Origin: Eledone cirrhosa
Taxonomy: Eukaryota
DNA length: 64,000 bases
Direction of reading: 5' to 3'
Assembly: GCA_964016885.1 (NCBI GenBank)
Contig: OZ024742.1
Coordinates: forward strand, 135,160,001-135,224,000
Shown here: piece by piece, positions 57,959-64,000 of the stretch
Layout of the letters: each line of letters begins with the position of its first letter
How positions within the stretch are numbered: the first letter of the stretch is position 1
Position numbers and translations under genes: made by a program
Notes under the pieces: generated by a model
The model's input: only the letters and a program-made list of their open reading frames with translations
Database searches by the model: none
What the model was told of the DNA's origin: nothing

Positions 57959-60900
57959 GTAGTGTTATTACTGGTAGTAAGTGTGGTGAGGTAGAGGAAG
58001 TGATGGTGGTGTAGTGTTGTTACTGGTAGTAAGAGTGGTGAGGTAGAGGTAGTGATGGTGGTGTAGTGTTGTTACTGGTAGTAGTGTGGTGAAGTATAGG
58101 TAGAGATGGTGGTGTAGTGTTGTTACTGGTAGTAAGTGTGGTGATGTAGAGGTAGTAATGGTGGTGTAGTGTTGTTACTGGTAGTAAGTGTGGTGAGGTA
58201 GAGGTAGTGATGGTGGTGTAGTGTTGTTACTGGTTGTAAGTGTGGTGAGGTAGAGGTAGAGATGGTGGTGTAGTGTTGTTACTGGTAGTAAGTGTGGTGA
58301 GGTAGAGGTAGTGATGGTGGTGTAGTGCTGTTACTGGTAGTAAGTGTGGTGAGGTAGAGGTAGTGATGGTGGTGTAGTGTTGTTACTGGTAGTAAGTGTG
58401 GTTAGGTAGAGGTAGTGATGGTGGTGTAGTGTTGTTACTGGTAGTAAGTGTGGTGAGGTAGAGGTAGTGATGGTGGTGTAGTGTTGTTACTGGTAGTAAG
58501 TGTGGTGAGGTAGAGGTAGTGATGGTGGTGTAGTGTTGTTACTGGTAGTAAGTATGGTGAGGTAGAGGTAGTGATGGTGGTGTAGTGTTGTTACTGGTAG
58601 TAAGTGTGGTTAGGTAGAGGTAGTGATGGTGGTGTAGTGTTGTTACTGGTAGTAAGTGTGGTGAGGTAGAGGTAGTGATGGTGGTGTAGTGTTGTTACTG
58701 GTAGTAAGTGTGGTGAGGTAGAGGTAGTGATGGTGGTGTAGTGTTGTTACTGGTAGTAAGTATGGTGAGGTAGAGGTAGTGATGGTGGTGTAGTGTTGTT
58801 ACTGGTAGTAAGTGTGGTGAGGTAGAGGTAGTGATGGTGGTGTAGTGTTGTTACTGGTAGTAAGTGTGGTGAGGTAGAGGTAGTGATGGTGGTGTAGTGT
58901 TGTTACTGGTAGTAAGTATGGTGAGGTAGAGGTAGTGATGGTGGTGTAGTGTTGTTACTGGTAGTAAGTGTGGTGAGGTAGAGGTAGTGATGGTGGTGTA
59001 GTGTTGTTACTGGTAGTAAGTATGGTGAGGTAGAGGTAGTGATGGTGGTGTAGTGTTGTTACTGGTAGTAAGTGTGGTGAGGTAGAGGAAGTGATGGTGG
59101 TGTAGTGTTGTTACTGGTAGTAAGAGTGGTGAGGTAGAGGTAGTGATGGTGGTGTAGTGTTGTTACTGGTTGTAAGTGTGGTGAGGTAGAGGTAGAGATG
59201 GTGGTGTAGTGTTGTTACTGGTAGTAAGTGTGGTGAGGTAGAGGTAGTGATGGTGGTGTAGTGTTGTTACTGGTAGTAAGTGTGGTGAGGTAGAGGTAGT
59301 GATGGTGGTGTAGTGTTGTTACTGGTAGTAAGTGTGGTTAGGTAGAGGTAGTGATGGTGGTGTAGTGTTGTTACTGGTAGTAAGTGTGGTGAGGTAGAGG
59401 TAGTGATGGTGGTGTAGTGTTGTTACTGGTAGTAAGTGTGGTGAGGTAGAGGTAGTGATGGTGGTGTAGTGTTGTTACTGGTAGTAAGTATGGTGAGGTA
59501 GAGGTAGTGATGGTGGTGTAGTGTTGTTACTGGTAGTAAGTGTGGTTAGGTAGAGGTAGTGATGGTGGTGTAGTGTTGTTACTGGTAGTAAGTGTGGTGA
59601 GGTAGAGGTAGTGATGGTGGTGTAGTGTTGTTACTGGTAGTAAGTGTGGTGAGGTAGAGGTAGTGATGGTGGTGTAGTGTTGTTACTGGTAGTAAGTATG
59701 GTGAGGTAGAGGTAGTGATGGTGGTGTAGTGTTGTTACTGGTAGTAAGTGTGGTGAGGTAGAGGTAGTGATGGTGGTGTAGTGTTGTTACTGGTAGTAAG
59801 TGTGGTGAGGTAGAGGTAGTGATGGTGGTGTAGTGTTGTTACTGGTAGTAAGTATGGTGAGGTAGAGGTAGTGATGGTGGTGTAGTGTTGTTACTGGTAG
59901 TAAGTGTGGTGAGGTAGAGGTAGTGATGGTGGTGTAGTGTTGTTACTGGTAGTAAGTATGGTGAGGTAGAGGTAGTGATGGTGGTGTAGTGTTGTTACTG
60001 GTAGTAAGTGTGGTGAGGTAGAGGAAGTGATGGTGGTGTAGTGTTGTTACTGGTAGTAAGAGTGGTGAGGTAGAGGTAGTGATGGTGGTGTAGTGTTGTT
60101 ACTGGTAGTAGTGTGGTGAAGTATAGGTAGTGATGGTGGTGTAGTGTTGTTACTGGTAGTAAGTATGGTGAGGTAGAGGTAGTGATGGTGGTGTAGTGTT
60201 GTTACTGGTAGTAAGTGTGGTGAGGTAGAGGTAGTGATGGTGGTGTAGTGTTGTTACTGGTAGTAAGTATGGTGAGGTAGAGGTAGTGATGGTGGTGTAG
60301 TGTTGTTACTGGTAGTAAGTGTGGTGAGGTAGAGGAAGTGATGGTGGTGTAGTGTTGTTACTGGTAGTAAGAGTGGTGAGGTAGAGGTAGTGATGGTGGT
60401 GTAGTGTTGTTACTGGTAGTAGTGTGGTGAAGTATAGGTAGTGATGGTGGTGTAGTGTTGTTACTGGTAGTAAGTATGGTGAGGTAGAGGTAGTGATGGT
60501 GGTGTAGTGTTGTTACTGGTAGTAAGTGTGGTGAGGTAGAGGTAGTGATGGTGGTGTAGTGTTGTTACTGGTAGTAAGTATGGTGAGGTAGAGGTAGTGA
60601 TGGTGGTGTAGTGTTGTTACTGGTAGTAAGTGTGGTGAGGTAGAGGAAGTGATGGTGGTGTAGTGTTGTTACTGGTAGTAAGAGTGGTGAGGTAGAGGTA
60701 GTGATGGTGGTGTAGTGTTGTTACTGGTAGTAGTGTGGTGAAGTATAGGTAGAGATGGTGGTGTAGTGTTGTTACTGGTAGTAAGTGTGGTGATGTAGAG
60801 GTAGTAATGGTGGTGTAGTGTTGTTACTGGTAGTAAGTGTGGTGAGGTAGAGGTAGTGATGGTGGTGTAGTGTTGTTACTGGTTGTAAGTGTGGTGAGGT

Positions 60901-63900
60901 AGAGGTAGAGATGGTGGTGTAGTGTTGTTACTGGTAGTAAGTGTGGTGAGGTAGAGGTAGTGATGGTGGTGTAGTGCTGTTACTGGTAGTAAGTGTGGTG
61001 AGGTAGAGGTAGTGATGGTGGTGTAGTGTTGTTACTGGTAGTAAGTGTGGTGAGGTAGAGGTAGTGATGGTGGTGTAGTGTTGTTACTGGTAGTAAGTAT
61101 GGTGAGGTAGAGGTAGTGATGGTGGTGTAGTGTTGTTACTGGTAGTAAGTGTGGTGAGGTAGAGGTAGTGATGGTGGTGTAGTGTTGTTACTGGTAGTAA
61201 GTGTGGTGAGGTAGAGGTAGTGATGGTGGTGTAGTGTTGTTACTGGTAGTAAGTATGGTGAGGTAGAGGTAGTGATGGTGGTGTAGTGCTGGTGTTGTAG
61301 TGTTGTTACTGGTAGTAAGAGTGGTGAGGTAGAGGTAGTGATGGTGGTGTAGTGTTGTTACTGGTAGTAGGAGTGGTGAGGTAGAGGTAGTGATGGTGGT
61401 GTAGTGTTGTTACTGGTAGTAGGAGTGGTGAGGTAGAGGTAGTGATGGTGGTGTAGTGTTGTTACTGGTAGTAAGTGTGGTGAGTTAGAGGTAGTGATGG
61501 TGGTGTAGTGTTGTTACTGGTAGTAGGAGTGGTGAGGTAGAGGTAGTGATGGTGGTGTAGTGTTGTTACTGGTAGTAAGTGTGGTGAGGTAGAGGTAGTG
61601 ATGGTGGTGTAGTGTTGTTACTGGTAGTAAGTGTGGTGAGGTAGAGGTAGTGATGGTGGTGTAGTGTTGTTACTGGTAGTAAGTGTGGTGAGTAGAGGTA
61701 GTGATGGTGGTGTAGTGTTGTTACTGGTAGTAAGTGTGGTGAGGTAGAGGTAGTGATGGTGGTGTAGTGTTGTTACTGGTAGTAAGTGTGGTGAGGTAGA
61801 GGTAGTGATGGTGGTGTAGTGTTGTTACTGGTAGTAAGTGTGGTGAGGTAGAGGTAGTGATGGTGGTGTAGTGTTGTTACTGGTAGTAAGTGTGGTGAGG
61901 TAGAGGTAGTGATGGTGGTGTAATGTTGTTACTGGTAGTAGGAGTGGTGAGGTAGAGGTAGTGATGGTGGTGTAGTGTTGTTACTGGTAGTAAGAGTGGT
62001 GAGGTAGAGGTAGTGATGGTGGTGTAGTCTTGTTACTGGTAGTAAGAGTGGTGAGGTAGAGGTAGTGATGGTGGTGTAGTGTTGTTACTGGTAGTAAGAG
62101 TGGTGAGGTAGAGGTAGTGATGGTGGTGTAGTGTTGTTACTGGTAGTAAGTGTGGTGAGGTAGAGGTAGTGATGGTGGTGTAGTGTTGTTACTGGTAGTA
62201 AGTGTGGTGAGGTAGAGGTAGTGATGGTGGTGTAGTGTTGTTACTGGTAGTAAGTGTGGTGAGGTAGAGGTAGTGATGGTGGTGTAGTGTTGTTACTGGT
62301 AGTAGGTGTGGTGAGCTAGAGGTAGTGATGGTGGTGTAGTGTTGTTACTGGTAGTAAGTGTGGTGAGGTAGAGGTAGTAAGGGTGGTGTAGTGTTGTTAC
62401 TGGTAGTAAGTGTGGTGAGGTAGAGGTAGTGGTGGTGGTGTAGTGTTGTTACTGGTAGTAAGTGTGGTGAGGTAGAGGTAGTGGTGGTGGTGTAGTGTTG
62501 TTACTGGTAGTAAGTGTGGTGAGGTAGAGGTAGTGATGATGGTGTAGTGTTGTTACTGGTAGTAAGAGTGGTGAGGTAGAGGTAGAGATGGTGGTGTAGT
62601 GTTGTTACTGGTAGTAAGTGTGGTGAGGTAGAGGTAGTGATGATGGTGTAGTGTTGTTACTAGTAGTAGGTGTGGTGAGGTAGAGGTAGTGATGGTGGTG
62701 TAGTGTTGTTACTGGTAGTAAGTGTGGTGAGGTAGAGGTAGTGATGGTGGTGTAGTGTTGTTACTGGTAGTAAGTGTGGTGAGGTAGGGGTAGTGACGGT
62801 GGTGTAGTGTTATTACTGGTAGTAAGAGAGGTGAGCTAGAGGTAGTGATGGTGGTGTAGTGTTGTTACTGGTAGTAAGTGTGGTGAGGTAGAGGTAGTGA
62901 TGGTGGTGTAGTGTTGTTACTGGTAGTAAGTGTGGTGAGGTAGAGGTAGTGATGGTGGTGTAGTGTTGTTACTGGTAGTAAGTGTGGTGAGGTAGAGGTA
63001 GTGATGGTGGTGTAGTGTTGTTACTGGTAGTAAGTATGGTGAGGTAGAGGTAGTGATGGTGGTGTAGTGTTGTTACTGGTAGTAAGTGTGGTGAGGTAGA
63101 GGTAGTGATGGTGGTGTAGTGTTGTTACTGGTAGTAAGTATGGTGAGGTAGAGGTAGTGATGGTGGTGTAGTGTTGTTACTGGTAGTAAGTGTGGTGAGG
63201 TAGAGGTAGTGATGGTGGTGTAGTGTTGTTACTGGTAGTAAGTGTGGTGAGGTAGAGGTAGTGATGGTGGTGTAGTGTTGTTACTGGTAGTAAGTGTGGT
63301 GAGTAGAGGTAGTGATGGTGGTGTAGTGTTGTTACTGGTAGTAAGTGTGGTGAGGTAGAGGTAGTGATGGTGGTGTAGTGTTGTTACTGGTAGTAAGAGT
63401 GGTGAGGTAGAGGTAGTGATGGTGGTGTAGTGTTGTTACTGGTAGTAAGTGTGGTGAGGTAGAGGTAGTGATGGTGGTGTAGTGTTGTTACTGGTAGTAA
63501 GTGTGGTGAGGTAGAGGTAGTGATGGTGGTGTAGTGTTGTTACTGGTAGTAAGTGTGGTGAGGTAGAGGTAGTGATGGTGGTGTAGTGTTGTTACTGGTA
63601 GTAGGTGTGGTGAGCTAGAGGTAGTGATGGTGGTGTAGTGTTGTTACTGGTAGTAAGTGTGGTGAGGTAGAGGTAGTAAGGGTGGTGTAGTGTTGTTACT
63701 GGTAGTAAGTGTGGTGAGGTAGAGGTAGTGGTGGTGGTGTAGTGTTGTTACTGGTAGTAAGTGTGGTGAGGTAGAGGTAGTGATGATGGTGTAGTGTTGT
63801 TACTGGTAGTAAGAGTGGTGAGGTAGAGGTAGAGATGGTGGTGTAGTGTTGTTACTGGTAGTAAGTGTGGTGAGGTAGAGGTAGTGATGATGGTGTAGTG

Positions 63901-64000
63901 TTGTTACTAGTAGTAGGTGTGGTGAGGTAGAGGTAGTGATGGTGGTGTAGTGTTGTTACTGGTAGTAAGTGTGGTGAGGTAGAGGTAGTGATGGTGGTGT
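57959..64000. repeat. 52-bp tandem satellite, about 116 copies, continues beyond the window
   Basis: Unit GTAGTGTTGTTACTGGTAGTAAGTGTGGTGAGGTAGAGGTAGTGATGGTGGT; AGTGTT recurs at 57961, 58013, 58065. Confidence 0.98.

Noticed and set aside
57959-64000. CRISPR-like array or mucin-like coding repeat
   Set aside because: No unique spacers; the 52-bp unit is not a multiple of 3 and contains stops as the frame rotates; eukaryotic context

Overview
Eukaryotic, AT-rich, repeat-saturated window with no host gene I can support. Its SINE families and very high (TA)n/(CA)n load look like a cephalopod (octopus-like) genome, which is an inference only. Nearly all long ORFs in the track are microsatellite translations. 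The real content is: (1) five distinct decayed Penelope-like retroelement (PLE) coding remnants plus one partial duplicate, with RT plus C-terminal GIY-YIG, a DKT motif and a CxCx5Cx5C linker (Hydra-clade-like), nearly all abutting (TA)n; (2) about 11 recognisable and several degenerate minimal type-I hammerhead ribozyme (HHR) motifs in PLE 3' ends and in small non-coding fold-back elements, including non-canonical core variants; (3) an internally deleted R4/Dong-type RLE LINE inside a (TACA)n tract; (4) RTE and L1/Tx1 LINE remnants, tRNA-derived SINEs and a piggyBac-type MITE; (5) a 200-N gap; (6) a >6 kb G/T-rich 52-bp satellite with higher-order structure running off the window end. Coordinates were counted by eye, so element boundaries are approximate.
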